64,000 nt of DNA from a virus (taxonomy: Duplodnaviria > Caudoviricetes), in the IMG/VR virus record IMGVR_UViG_3300048881_000780, one strand, 5' to 3'. Positions within the stretch are counted from its first letter, which is position 1, and each line of letters opens with the position of its first letter. The translations under genes were made by a program, and so were the position numbers. Below, piece by piece: positions 38,185 to 47,421 of the stretch. The notes beneath the pieces are model-generated. The model worked only from the letters and a program-made list of their open reading frames with translations. It searched no databases and was not told the origin of the DNA.

Positions 38185-39924
38185 TTATCTCAGACCGCCG
38201 ATCTTCTGCCAGGCTTTTTCGACATAACTAACTGTCTTGTCTTTTTCATAGTATTCTTCAAATAACTTTTTTCTTAAATACGAGTGCTCTCTTAATTTGT
38301 CATGAAACCAATCATTCATATCGTGAACTTGAAACAAGAATCTCTTACAGAATTCATTTACTCTTAATCCACGACCAATTCTTTGAAGCATTCTTATAGG
38401 AGACTTTCTTGTATCAACTAGAAAAACATCTGTTATATTTTGCATGTCGGTACCCTCACCAATGGCCATCGTTCCAACAACAATTGCGGGTCTCTCTCCT
38501 TCACTAGCTGAGAGTTCTCGCTCTCTTCTCTCTTTTTTTGAAACTCCTCCATGTATCACATAATAATCAAAATCCGGAGAGTTCATCTCTTCTAATTTCT
38601 TTTCAAAGTAAAAACAATGGGCCTCTTCTGTCATAGCGAGAAAGATTCTTCGACCTTGGGCCATTAACTCGAAACACTTATCTAAGATAAAATCATTTCT
38701 GGCCTCATTGGCAATAATACCAACTGACATAATAACATTGAAGTCCTTTTCCTTATACTTAGAAAGTCTCTTACCGGATTCATCTCTTCTTAGATCTTGT
38801 AACCAGTAATTCTTTCCACCGACTATGCAACCAGGTGTTTCGTATTGCTTATAAATAGGCCTTTGAACAGTACCTCTTTTCATACTCTCTTGTGGTTTAA
38901 TTTCATAAATTAAACTCTTGCCGATCGCCGCACATAATAGTTCCATTTGGGCCTTAGACTCTTTAAATGGCGTCGCTGAAAGCGCAAATCTATAGTACGC
39001 ATTACTCATCTCTCTCGTGGCCTCTAAAATAGTGTCACATGAGGCCCAGTGGGCTTCATCAATGATTAAACAACCAACTGACTGTAAATAATCGTATGAA
39101 AGTCCCGGTAGAGATTGAAAACAAACAACACTTACAGCGGGATAGGAACTAGCATTCTTTTTTCCGCGAATTAATCCTTTGTCACTATCTTGGGTTTTTC
39201 TATATTTTCCAAATTCAAGAGTCATCCCCTTGGCCGCAAGAATTTGTTCAGATAGAGATTGGGAACTAAAATCCTCTTCTCTCTTATTGCTTTGATTTTT
39301 CTTATATTCAATAGCTTCCTTTAAAGTAACTCCCGATCCTTCAGACTTTGGAGGTGACTTAGAAACCATACTAGGTCCAAAATATTGGCATAGTTTTTTA
39401 TAAAGTCCATTTTGAACGGATGTATTAGGAACTACTATTAGAGTAGTTTTTGAGTATTTTTGAACTAATCTAGCGATGAGATAACTCTTTCCCTCACCAG
39501 TCATTGCGCAAAATAGACCCCTATGAATAATGAGATCTAACATTTCATCAATCTCATCGAGTTTTGCAAGAGCTTCCTCTTGCCACTCCCTTGGTTCTTC
39601 GAATTTTCCATCAGAAAAAGAATGCTTATCTAAGACATCTGCAAAATACTCATCAAAATCTGCTTCAATCTCTAATTCCTCACCTCTTTTGTCATAGATC
39701 TCAGAGAGTCTCTCATCCAATCTCGTTAGATATGGTGTTGGAAAACTTAAAAAGTTCTCCCCCTCTTTTCGCAGAAGATTCACTCTCTTTTTAATTTCTC
39801 TTCTACCATTTATATAGTTGTACTCTGTGATCACCAGGCAATCTTTAATAAGGGCCCTCTCTTCATTAGAGAGGGTCTTATTATCGATTAAACAAATATG
39901 AGGTTTAACAACTAGTGAGATCAA
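38185..39924 (-). CDS. Superfamily 2 DEAH helicase (UvsW/XPB-like)
   Basis: PREWQ, TGEGKS, IIDEAH, LSATP, EGTD, QRIGRGLR. Confidence 0.9.
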   Translation of the reverse strand: MISLVVKPHICLIDNKTLSNEERALIKDCLVITEYNYINGRREIKKRVNLLRKEGENFLSFPTPYLTRLDERLSEIYDKRGEELEIEADFDEYFADVLDKHSFSDGKFEEPREWQEEALAKLDEIDEMLDLIIHRGLFCAMTGEGKSYLIARLVQKYSKTTLIVVPNTSVQNGLYKKLCQYFGPSMVSKSPPKSEGSGVTLKEAIEYKKNQSNKREEDFSSQSLSEQILAAKGMTLEFGKYRKTQDSDKGLIRGKKNASSYPAVSVVCFQSLPGLSYDYLQSVGCLIIDEAHWASCDTILEATREMSNAYYRFALSATPFKESKAQMELLCAAIGKSLIYEIKPQESMKRGTVQRPIYKQYETPGCIVGGKNYWLQDLRRDESGKRLSKYKEKDFNVIMSVGIIANEARNDFILDKCFELMAQGRRIFLAMTEEAHCFYFEKKLEEMNSPDFDYYVIHGGVSKKERRERELSASEGERPAIVVGTMAIGEGTDMQNITDVFLVDTRKSPIRMLQRIGRGLRVNEFCKRFLFQVHDMNDWFHDKLREHSYLRKKLFEEYYEKDKTVSYVEKAWQKIGGLR

Positions 39925-39933
39925 GAATATCTC

Positions 39934-41214
39934 TTAAGCTGACTCAGGAAGATTATCTAAATCTTCAGCTGATAGATCTTCATCTTCGTCTTCAGTATTA
40001 GCATTAATACTAGAAATTCGAGTTCCGCTATCATACATTTTAATAGCTTCTTCTTTTAGACCAGCAAAATCAGTTCCGTTAACTAGATTTGCTCTGGTTT
40101 TACCATCTTCAATGGCTTTTCTTTTGATTTCTACTTTTTGAAGTTCAAAGTAAACAATACTCTTATAGTATAGCTCTTGAAATAATTCAGGAAGCTCTCT
40201 TAAAGAAGTTTCAAGCTGACCAACTCCGTGCCACTTGTGAAGAGTTCCGTTCTTATCTGTATATTGCCATCTCTTATTAGAAGTCTCTTCAATAACTCCA
40301 AGAGGTAAGAGAGCGTTGTGAATAATATCGTGAAAACGACAGAAACCAGCACCTAAGATAAGCTTCATAGTTACGGATCTTGCTAGACCCATTCTATTTT
40401 TTTCTGGAACAATTTCAGTATATCTTCCAATTGAATTTCCATTTTCATCTAAAATCTGTTTGTCCTTGGCCATACTCTTTTTAACTTTTGCTCTAACGGA
40501 AGTATAGAACTCAGTTGCGTTACCACCTGTTGATTTATCAGGAGCTCCATAGCCACCAATATTTGTTCTAGCTTGATTTACAACAATCATCGTGGCGCCA
40601 CTCTTGCCAAGTCTAGCGGTTAAGATTTGCCACATCTTAGAAATTAATCTTGCTTGAGATCCCATTTCATGATCTTCAGCACTACCATCTCTCATTTTCT
40701 TTGGAGTTAAGTTCTTCATACTATCAACGATAATAAAATCAATTGCTCCCGCATCTAGCGCCTGCGCAACTGTATCAATTCCCTCTTCACCATCAGCTGG
40801 TTGAAAAATTTGAAATAGACCCGATTCAACATCGATTCCAAGACTAGTTGCGTAGTCTTTATTAATAGCGTATTCCGTATCAACATAGAGAACAGTCTTT
40901 CCCTTTTTTACAAAAGAAGCAGAATAGATCATGCCAATAGTTGATTTAGATCCACCAGACGGACCCCAAAACTCTGAAATTCTACCAATAGGTAATCCAC
41001 CCGCTGCCATTAATCCATAATCAAGGCCAAGAAAACCAGAAGGCATCACTTCTTGCTCCTTTAATTTGGTAAAAGAAGACTCTAATTCTCCATTAAATTT
41101 AGAAGATTTTTCTAGTGACTTAAAGAAGTTAGCAAATAACTCTTTTTTGTTATTTTTAACTTCTTTAGTATCAGATTTTTTCTTTGTTTTTGCTTTAGTT
41201 TTTTTAATGGCCAT
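39934..41214 (-). CDS. recA: RecA/UvsX recombinase, divergent
   Basis: GGLPIGRISEFWG, YVDTE, IIVDS, QARLIS, NQAR, STGGNATEFYTSVR, KNR; AAGGAGG RBS. Confidence 0.93.
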   Translation of the reverse strand: MAIKKTKAKTKKKSDTKEVKNNKKELFANFFKSLEKSSKFNGELESSFTKLKEQEVMPSGFLGLDYGLMAAGGLPIGRISEFWGPSGGSKSTIGMIYSASFVKKGKTVLYVDTEYAINKDYATSLGIDVESGLFQIFQPADGEEGIDTVAQALDAGAIDFIIVDSMKNLTPKKMRDGSAEDHEMGSQARLISKMWQILTARLGKSGATMIVVNQARTNIGGYGAPDKSTGGNATEFYTSVRAKVKKSMAKDKQILDENGNSIGRYTEIVPEKNRMGLARSVTMKLILGAGFCRFHDIIHNALLPLGVIEETSNKRWQYTDKNGTLHKWHGVGQLETSLRELPELFQELYYKSIVYFELQKVEIKRKAIEDGKTRANLVNGTDFAGLKEEAIKMYDSGTRISSINANTEDEDEDLSAEDLDNLPESA

Positions 41215-41236
41215 AGCGCCCTCCTTTTTTAAATAA

Positions 41237-41251
41237 TAACACCTAGTGTTA
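41237..41251. promoter_or_regulatory. Perfect palindromic box overlapping the recA promoter
   Basis: TAACAC-CTA-GTGTTA; minus strand TG-T-TATTAT then AAGGAGG and ATG. Confidence 0.78.
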
Positions 41252-41461
41252 ACTATTCCACTTTATTAATTTAGATTTCTTTAATCTAATTAAATTATCG
41301 CTTATTTTTCAGTGTCTTAAGAATGCTAAATTACCCATTTAACAGGTTAAAAAGGGTGAATATCTGCCAAAGAGAGTTTAGTCTGAGGGGAATTATTGAG
41401 AAAACAGATATTTAGCATAGAGAAGATCTATTCATAGTTAAATATCATTACTTGAGATTTT

Positions 41462-41476
41462 TGACAGGACATGTTA
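41462..41476. promoter_or_regulatory. Degenerate box with extended -10 upstream of 41499
   Basis: TGACAG-GAC-ATGTTA running into TG-T-TAATAT and AAGGAG. Confidence 0.5.
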
Positions 41477-41498
41477 ATATATCAAAAAGGAGTTTTAC

Positions 41499-41978
41499 AT
41501 GAAGTATATCATAGTCTTTTTATTAGTGCTTAATTCTTGGAGTTTTCCCACTCCTGACAAAGTTGAAGAAAAATTAATTTGTAAAAATGGAACTTGTAAA
41601 AAAGAAGTTGAATTCACTAAAAATCAGGCCAGCGTCTATGATGTTGACGATATAATTTATCAAACTGAGAAATATCCAAATTATATGTGCTTCTTTTCTC
41701 CTAATTCCAATAATGTATACTATCAAATTAGATATATTCACAAATATCAACAAACCTACCGAAAACCTGATTTATACTATGCTATAATTAAAGATAGAAA
41801 TACCATCATTCTAAAGAGAACTGATTATTACAAGAATGAGAAGTTTTCTGGATATTTTCTAGATTGCAAGGAAACTCCTTTTGCAAGATGGGAAAAGGAA
41901 ATTGAGAGAACTCTAAGAGGAACGAAGAAAACGACAGTTGGTAGATTTACAATTATTCACGATCGTAAATTTTATTAA
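41499..41978 (+). CDS. Secreted hypothetical protein
   Basis: Signal peptide, four Cys, AAGGAG RBS. Confidence 0.7.
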   Translation: MKYIIVFLLVLNSWSFPTPDKVEEKLICKNGTCKKEVEFTKNQASVYDVDDIIYQTEKYPNYMCFFSPNSNNVYYQIRYIHKYQQTYRKPDLYYAIIKDRNTIILKRTDYYKNEKFSGYFLDCKETPFARWEKEIERTLRGTKKTTVGRFTIIHDRKFY

Positions 41979-41992
41979 AATAGGAAGTTATT

Positions 41993-42502
41993 ATGTGGAA
42001 CAAAACTAGAGAATTCAATGTTGAAGTATTAACAACAGAAGAACACGATAGAATAATGAAAGAACATAGAGAAGGTGCTGTTCGCTACCCTCTATTAGTT
42101 ATTAGAGAAAATATCTTTCGTCATATCAAGTCTCTTAATGATAACTACTCGAGAGATGAAGTTATAGGTCTATATCAAGATGTTTACAGAAAAGAAGACC
42201 TCTTTGATATGTGTATAAAGAAAGAGATTCCTTTTGATATTTTATTTTCAAAGCAATTTATTCACATGTTATTTCTAATCTCTAAAGATTGCGATATTTC
42301 TTATATCAAAGGTGTTGAGAAAGACTCTAAAGAGAGACTTATCCGTGGTGGAGAAGTAACTCTTTGGCGCCTTGATGAGGCCCGAGAAAAGATCAAGCAA
42401 TTCAAAGATGAAAATGAAAAGCACGATCTATTACAAAAAAGAAGAACTGCTGAAACTCCAATGAGAGACTTCATGCACGAAATCAAAAAGACTATTGCTT
42501 AA
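41993..42502 (+). CDS. Hypothetical protein
   Basis: 169-aa ORF, AGGA RBS. Confidence 0.7.
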   Translation: MWNKTREFNVEVLTTEEHDRIMKEHREGAVRYPLLVIRENIFRHIKSLNDNYSRDEVIGLYQDVYRKEDLFDMCIKKEIPFDILFSKQFIHMLFLISKDCDISYIKGVEKDSKERLIRGGEVTLWRLDEAREKIKQFKDENEKHDLLQKRRTAETPMRDFMHEIKKTIA

Positions 42503-42512
42503 ACCAATAAAA

Positions 42513-42535
42513 GTGGTCACTTTTCTAGTGACCAC
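42513..42535. terminator. Stem-loop after 41993..42502
   Basis: GTGGTCACT-TTTCT-AGTGACCAC. Confidence 0.5.
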
Positions 42536-42632
42536 CCTCATATAACTATCTAATAATTCAATATTAACATTCTCATCATATTTTGGTGTTATACTCTCTT
42601 CGCACAAAAAATATCCCACGGGAGTTAAATAT

Positions 42633-43001
42633 ATGAGTCACCTAACTAAAGAGTTTATTGAAAAACAAAGAAAGCTTCTACTTTCGCAAAAGAGCTCAAT
42701 ATTAAATCACATGAAGTTAAATGAAATAGAAGACCTCAGACCAGATCCGGACCAGATTGTAGAAGAGGTGGAAAAGGGACAGGTATATGCATCTCAGAGC
42801 TTAAGCATGAACTTGAGAGAGCGAGAGCTTAAGAATCTCCATGAAATAGAAGAGGCCCTCTATAGAATTGAGGTGGGTAGTTATGGTATATGTGAAGAAA
42901 CGGGAGAGGAAATAACTATTGCAAGACTTGAAAAGATTCCTTGGGTAAGACTATCTGTTGAGGCGCAAGAAGAAATAGAGAGATCTCAAATGGCCGCGTA
43001 A
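42633..43001 (+). CDS. dksA: DksA/TraR-family transcription factor (one-Cys, zinc-free type)
   Basis: Coiled coil, then IEEALYRIEVGSYGICEETGEEITIARLEKIPWVRLSVEAQE. Confidence 0.9.
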   Translation: MSHLTKEFIEKQRKLLLSQKSSILNHMKLNEIEDLRPDPDQIVEEVEKGQVYASQSLSMNLRERELKNLHEIEEALYRIEVGSYGICEETGEEITIARLEKIPWVRLSVEAQEEIERSQMAA

Positions 43002-43010
43002 TATTGAATT

Positions 43011-43042
43011 TACTTATATATACAATTTTGTATATATAAGTA
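43011..43042. repeat. 32-bp near-perfect AT-rich palindrome between convergent genes
   Basis: TACTTATATATACAA-TT-TTGTATATATAAGTA; second hairpin at 43092-43121. Confidence 0.8.
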
Positions 43043-43142
43043 GATTAATGTGAAAACTAAATTCGGGTAAGAGTGGAATTTAAACGTTAAAAATCACTAG
43101 ATATGATCACATTTAGTGATTACATTCCTATGAAACTGGAAA

Positions 43143-43916
43143 CTAAGTGTGAAATAACTCATCCTCTTGAGACTTATTATCTTTCTCGCTTTTACTTCTG
43201 GCGGCGAGTTCAATAATTTTTAAATGTAGATATTCATTCCAAAAATCAAGTTCATCCTCATCTTTTAGATCTAAATGAGCTGATAGGTGATCTTTGAAAT
43301 TCTCAATATCTTTACCCAGGTAGAGCCCTAAAATCTCATAAATTGAAGAGAGAACAGGATTGTAAACACTCTCATCTCTAACGACTTCTTTTAATTCATT
43401 TGCGAGTGGAACAAATAATTCCAATCGCTCTCTGGAGTCTATATTGTGATCACCATCAAATGTATAGAAGTGGGTCTTAACATCAACTAAACTATCTCTT
43501 TCTATAGAGTCAGCTATATAAATTGAAGCAAAGGTATTTGCCCTAGAGTGCTCCGCAAGAAGCATTTCAAGAAACTCAGAAAATATTGCAAAGTCCTTAT
43601 CTCGTCTTTGAAAGAGCGTAAATTCAACACTACTGTATTTAAAATCTACAAATAAGTAGAAGCAAATATGATTTTTATCGAGTTCATTTCTTTGTTCAAT
43701 GAGCTCCATTTTCTTTGCTTCAACATGTTTAAAGAATGCTGTTTCATCTTGATCTCTAATAATTCTTAAAAATTGTGAGTCAATACCATCAATCTTTGGA
43801 GATACCCTGATGTCGAGATCTAAATCCTTTATTCCAACTTCTGTATAATTTAAATTGGAAGACTTTGTAATATTATCTAAAATCTCAGCTACTTTTGCTT
43901 CTCTATCTCTTATCAT
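43143..43916 (-). CDS. Hypothetical acidic protein coupled to the exonuclease
   Basis: 257-aa ORF starting 1 bp after the exonuclease stop. Confidence 0.7.
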   Translation of the reverse strand: MIRDREAKVAEILDNITKSSNLNYTEVGIKDLDLDIRVSPKIDGIDSQFLRIIRDQDETAFFKHVEAKKMELIEQRNELDKNHICFYLFVDFKYSSVEFTLFQRRDKDFAIFSEFLEMLLAEHSRANTFASIYIADSIERDSLVDVKTHFYTFDGDHNIDSRERLELFVPLANELKEVVRDESVYNPVLSSIYEILGLYLGKDIENFKDHLSAHLDLKDEDELDFWNEYLHLKIIELAARSKSEKDNKSQEDELFHT

Positions 43917-43917
43917 A

Positions 43918-44877
43918 TTACTCTCTCACTAATCTTGAGTTTCTATATATTTTTGACAGCATCCCATCAATTTTATCTACAAAGTTATACACTGGCGGAG
44001 CATGAAATTTTTGTAATGAATAAGGTCTCTTTGATTTCATGTAACCACTATCTTTAATTGCTTTATTTAAAGTTTCTAGGGTTTCTTCTACCTCGTCAAC
44101 ACAAACTTTCTTATACCAAACTTTATTATCATTATACCATACAGGACGAATAGCTTCTTTCGCCACGTCTTTTACGTCATATTGTAATCCAACTAGAAAT
44201 AAGTATACCTTATCTTTTAGACCTCTCTCAATCATGACTTTTAAATAGTCTTTCATTGTAAGAAGAAGAGAAAGGGCTTTAACGTCATTTATGGCCTTAT
44301 GACCAATAAACTCAACCCCATGATATGTCATCAAACTTTCTTGCTTGTGATTAATGAACTCAGTCCACGGACCATCTTCGTAAGAACAGAGACAAGTTGG
44401 AACTTCATCTTTAGTGAATCCCATCTTTTTAAAACCCTGTTTATCAAAGGACATATTGTGAGCAATAATAAAATCAACATCCTTTAAAAAATCTTTCACT
44501 TCTTGATTATCTATTTTATGTCCGGCCACCATTTCATCATCAATACCCGTAAGCTCAGTAATAAATTCAGATATCGGCATACCTGGATCATTATATCGAT
44601 GAAGGGTTCCTAGTTGCCCTAAGAACTTAAAGTTCTCATCAAAACAAAGCTTTACCATAGCAAGCTCTATAATTTCATCAGTGGTTGATAATTTGGTACC
44701 AGTTGTCTCGAGATCAAAAGTCACTAGAACTTTAGACCCTTCAGGTGCCTTATCCAATTTAGGAAAAGTTAAATCAAATAGCTTTTCTAGATTCTCATCA
44801 TCTAATTTTGATACTTCAACCTTTGGGACTTCTAACCCTTTGATATCAATAAAATTTTCATTAAAAAACTTTTTCAT
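43918..44877 (-). CDS. DEDDh 3'-5' exonuclease (DNA polymerase III epsilon-like)
   Basis: FDLETTG (ExoI), AHNMSFD (ExoII), HKAINDV (ExoIII). Confidence 0.92.
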   Translation of the reverse strand: MKKFFNENFIDIKGLEVPKVEVSKLDDENLEKLFDLTFPKLDKAPEGSKVLVTFDLETTGTKLSTTDEIIELAMVKLCFDENFKFLGQLGTLHRYNDPGMPISEFITELTGIDDEMVAGHKIDNQEVKDFLKDVDFIIAHNMSFDKQGFKKMGFTKDEVPTCLCSYEDGPWTEFINHKQESLMTYHGVEFIGHKAINDVKALSLLLTMKDYLKVMIERGLKDKVYLFLVGLQYDVKDVAKEAIRPVWYNDNKVWYKKVCVDEVEETLETLNKAIKDSGYMKSKRPYSLQKFHAPPVYNFVDKIDGMLSKIYRNSRLVRE

Positions 44878-44933
44878 AATTTTTCTCCTAATTCTATGAT
44901 AGCACGCACAAAAGAGCTCAACAACTTATTTAT

Positions 44934-44948
44934 TAACATATTACGTTA
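44934..44948. promoter_or_regulatory. Variant palindromic box upstream of the exonuclease
   Basis: TAACAT-ATT-ACGTTA. Confidence 0.55.
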
Positions 44949-44952
44949 TAGT

Positions 44953-47346
44953 TTAATTACCGTCTCCCTTTAGGACCTTTAAGCGCTTTTTAGCGCCATT
45001 GATGATACTTTTAGGGATTCCGGAGGTTTGTGCTGTATAGATACCAAATGCTTGCTCTGTGATGCCATTAACGACCTCATAGAGGTACTCCACACTCCCC
45101 TCTTCAGGATTTGCTCGATAATTCATATAAACGCTCATGCAGTCAGCCTTATCAGAATTCTCTCTAACTACATCTAGAAAGTGGGAAGCGAAAAATACCT
45201 GAGACTCATTATTATTTATCAATTCAGATAAAAGTGATCCAGCGATGGCCTCTCCTTCTTTTGGAGTGGTTCCCCTACCTACTTCATCTAAAAAGAGAAT
45301 AGATTCTTTATTCTTTGCATTTAATACGTATGACAACTCGAGCATTTCTGTTTGAAATGTACTGGCCTCTTTATCTTGAGTATCTAATTTTGTCAGAATA
45401 TGATTATAGGGATATGTTGCAAAATCGTTAAATACATAACCACCTATCCTAGACATTACAATTAACTCAGCCATTGTTCTCATGAGATATGATTTACCTG
45501 ACCCATTTGGGCCTGTTAGCATGACAACCTTATTCTTGGCATCTATTGATAATGGGACCAAGTCTTCATTTTTTATTTCCTGCATTTGAGTACATCTAAT
45601 GCCATTTTTCATAACTACTTTTCTTTCGACAAGAAATTCTGGCCTTCTTAAATTAAGTTCTATGGCCTGGGCAGTAAAGGCCAATAGACAATCAATCTGA
45701 GCAATGTGCCAATCTAGAATATTTAGCGAATCCTGAATAGACAGTACAAATTCAGATAATTCTTTAATTAAGTTATCTTCAAATTCCTTTAGATTATCGG
45801 TAAATGTTTGCAGTCTTACTGACAGTTTTCTCATTTCCTTAGTTTCAAATTTTGAACTATTCTTTAATCCCTTCACTAGAACTGCGTCAGGATAAATTTC
45901 TTTAAATTTTTCGATATTTTTAAGATTAACTTCAATTGTTATATCATTTTTTTGAGTCTTCTTAATCTTACAAGGAAACCCACATTTCTTAGATAAATCT
46001 AACTCTCTTTTAACTAAGGTTTCCTTAATATTTACATTACTGTCTACTAATTCGTAATACTCAGGAAACTTATCTTCACTAAGAGGGAAACCTTCTTTTG
46101 TAATAAAATAGTCTTCGTTAAAACAAGAACTTAATCTATTTGAGATTTTATTGAATGATTCATTTAACTGATATTCTTTAATATTTAATTTCTTTGAAAC
46201 TTTTAAATGGGATTCTATAGATCTTCCCAGTTTAAAAAAATCTCTTAAATTTGATTTGTTTTTTAGAGTTTTTCCAACCATTAATCTGTAATTAATGATC
46301 GATCCTAGTTGATTAACTAAATCACCTACCTCTTTAGGTTTTAATAGAAGTTCTGATATATACTCATGAGATCGATTAGTCATTTCAAACTCTGGAAAAA
46401 ATCTGACCCTATTAGAAAATTCTCTCTTACCTTGTGGTGTCTTTAAATATTTCTCATAAAATAAAGACTCTAAACTATCTATCCTTAGAGACTTAATGCT
46501 ATTCTCATTAAGAGAGCGTGTCACTTCTCTCATGTTGTTAAATTCAAAAGTAGTCCCCTTTTTATAAAAGAATGATCGAGAAACTAGAATTAATCGTGAC
46601 AACATCTCAAAGTGTTTTAAAGTCTCATCATCTAGACCTTGTTTTAGAATCTGAGGGTTCACTTGTTTCAGATTCACATACCCTTCCTGATAAGATAGTG
46701 AGCAAACACTTTCAATCTTCTTGAACTCTTTAACTAAAGCACTCTCTTCTCCGTATGAGAAATCATGATTTACATAGAATACATCTTTCATGTCATTTGA
46801 GATCACTTCCGATAGGAAGTTCTTCATGTCTCCATCAAATAAAGGCCCTACATCAAATTTAAGGTTTATAGTATCTATACTGACATATGTAATTTGTGAT
46901 TTACTATTTTTATAAATTAAGCACTTATTGAATCTTTGTTCTTGGTGAGTATTTATTGATAAAGGGTTTGATGCTGTGATGATATCAGTGATTTCTCTTA
47001 TCTTAGAGCCATCCTCCCTAGATCCCACCTGGTCAGCGATAGCAAAGTTTATTCCATCCCCCTGAAGTTTTAATGCCCAATCCTCGAGCTTTGAAAGTGG
47101 AAAACCACCCATAGGAATCTTACTCTCCCCTAAATTTCCTCTGTGAGTAAGGGTTAAATTTAGCTTATCAGACATAACTCTAGCGTCATCAAATAATACC
47201 TCATAGAAGTCCCCAAGAGCGAATAACAGTATATAATCACTAGGGATACTAGTTCTTAAATTGTAATACTCTTCAATCGTTTTAGTGAATCTCAACCCTT
47301 TTTGACGTGCTTCTTTTAATATCATTACCGTCTTATTCATTAACAA
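44953..47346 (-). CDS. mutS: MutS1-type mismatch-recognition ATPase, divergent
   Basis: GDFYE mismatch motif; LTGPNGSGKS, STFQTEM, LDEVGRGT, FASHF, FGIYTA. Confidence 0.92.
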   Translation of the reverse strand: MLMNKTVMILKEARQKGLRFTKTIEEYYNLRTSIPSDYILLFALGDFYEVLFDDARVMSDKLNLTLTHRGNLGESKIPMGGFPLSKLEDWALKLQGDGINFAIADQVGSREDGSKIREITDIITASNPLSINTHQEQRFNKCLIYKNSKSQITYVSIDTINLKFDVGPLFDGDMKNFLSEVISNDMKDVFYVNHDFSYGEESALVKEFKKIESVCSLSYQEGYVNLKQVNPQILKQGLDDETLKHFEMLSRLILVSRSFFYKKGTTFEFNNMREVTRSLNENSIKSLRIDSLESLFYEKYLKTPQGKREFSNRVRFFPEFEMTNRSHEYISELLLKPKEVGDLVNQLGSIINYRLMVGKTLKNKSNLRDFFKLGRSIESHLKVSKKLNIKEYQLNESFNKISNRLSSCFNEDYFITKEGFPLSEDKFPEYYELVDSNVNIKETLVKRELDLSKKCGFPCKIKKTQKNDITIEVNLKNIEKFKEIYPDAVLVKGLKNSSKFETKEMRKLSVRLQTFTDNLKEFEDNLIKELSEFVLSIQDSLNILDWHIAQIDCLLAFTAQAIELNLRRPEFLVERKVVMKNGIRCTQMQEIKNEDLVPLSIDAKNKVVMLTGPNGSGKSYLMRTMAELIVMSRIGGYVFNDFATYPYNHILTKLDTQDKEASTFQTEMLELSYVLNAKNKESILFLDEVGRGTTPKEGEAIAGSLLSELINNNESQVFFASHFLDVVRENSDKADCMSVYMNYRANPEEGSVEYLYEVVNGITEQAFGIYTAQTSGIPKSIINGAKKRLKVLKGDGN

Positions 47347-47363
47347 AAATCCTTTTTAATTCA

Positions 47364-47399
47364 TAACGCTATATGTTATAATGTTAACAAGAAGTGTTA
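47364..47399. promoter_or_regulatory. Tandem pair of palindromic boxes in the divergent mutS / ATP-grasp gap
   Basis: TAACGC-TAT-ATGTTA (47364-47378) and TAACAA-GAA-GTGTTA (47385-47399), 21 bp apart, with TG-T-TATAAT overlapping the first. Confidence 0.72.
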
Positions 47400-47421
47400 A
47401 CTTAAGCAATGAGCTTTAAAA

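Noticed and set aside
41237-41251. Canonical LexA SOS box upstream of recA
   Set aside because: The sequence and spacer do not match the LexA motifs I know, and no lexA gene is in the window; kept as an unassigned operator
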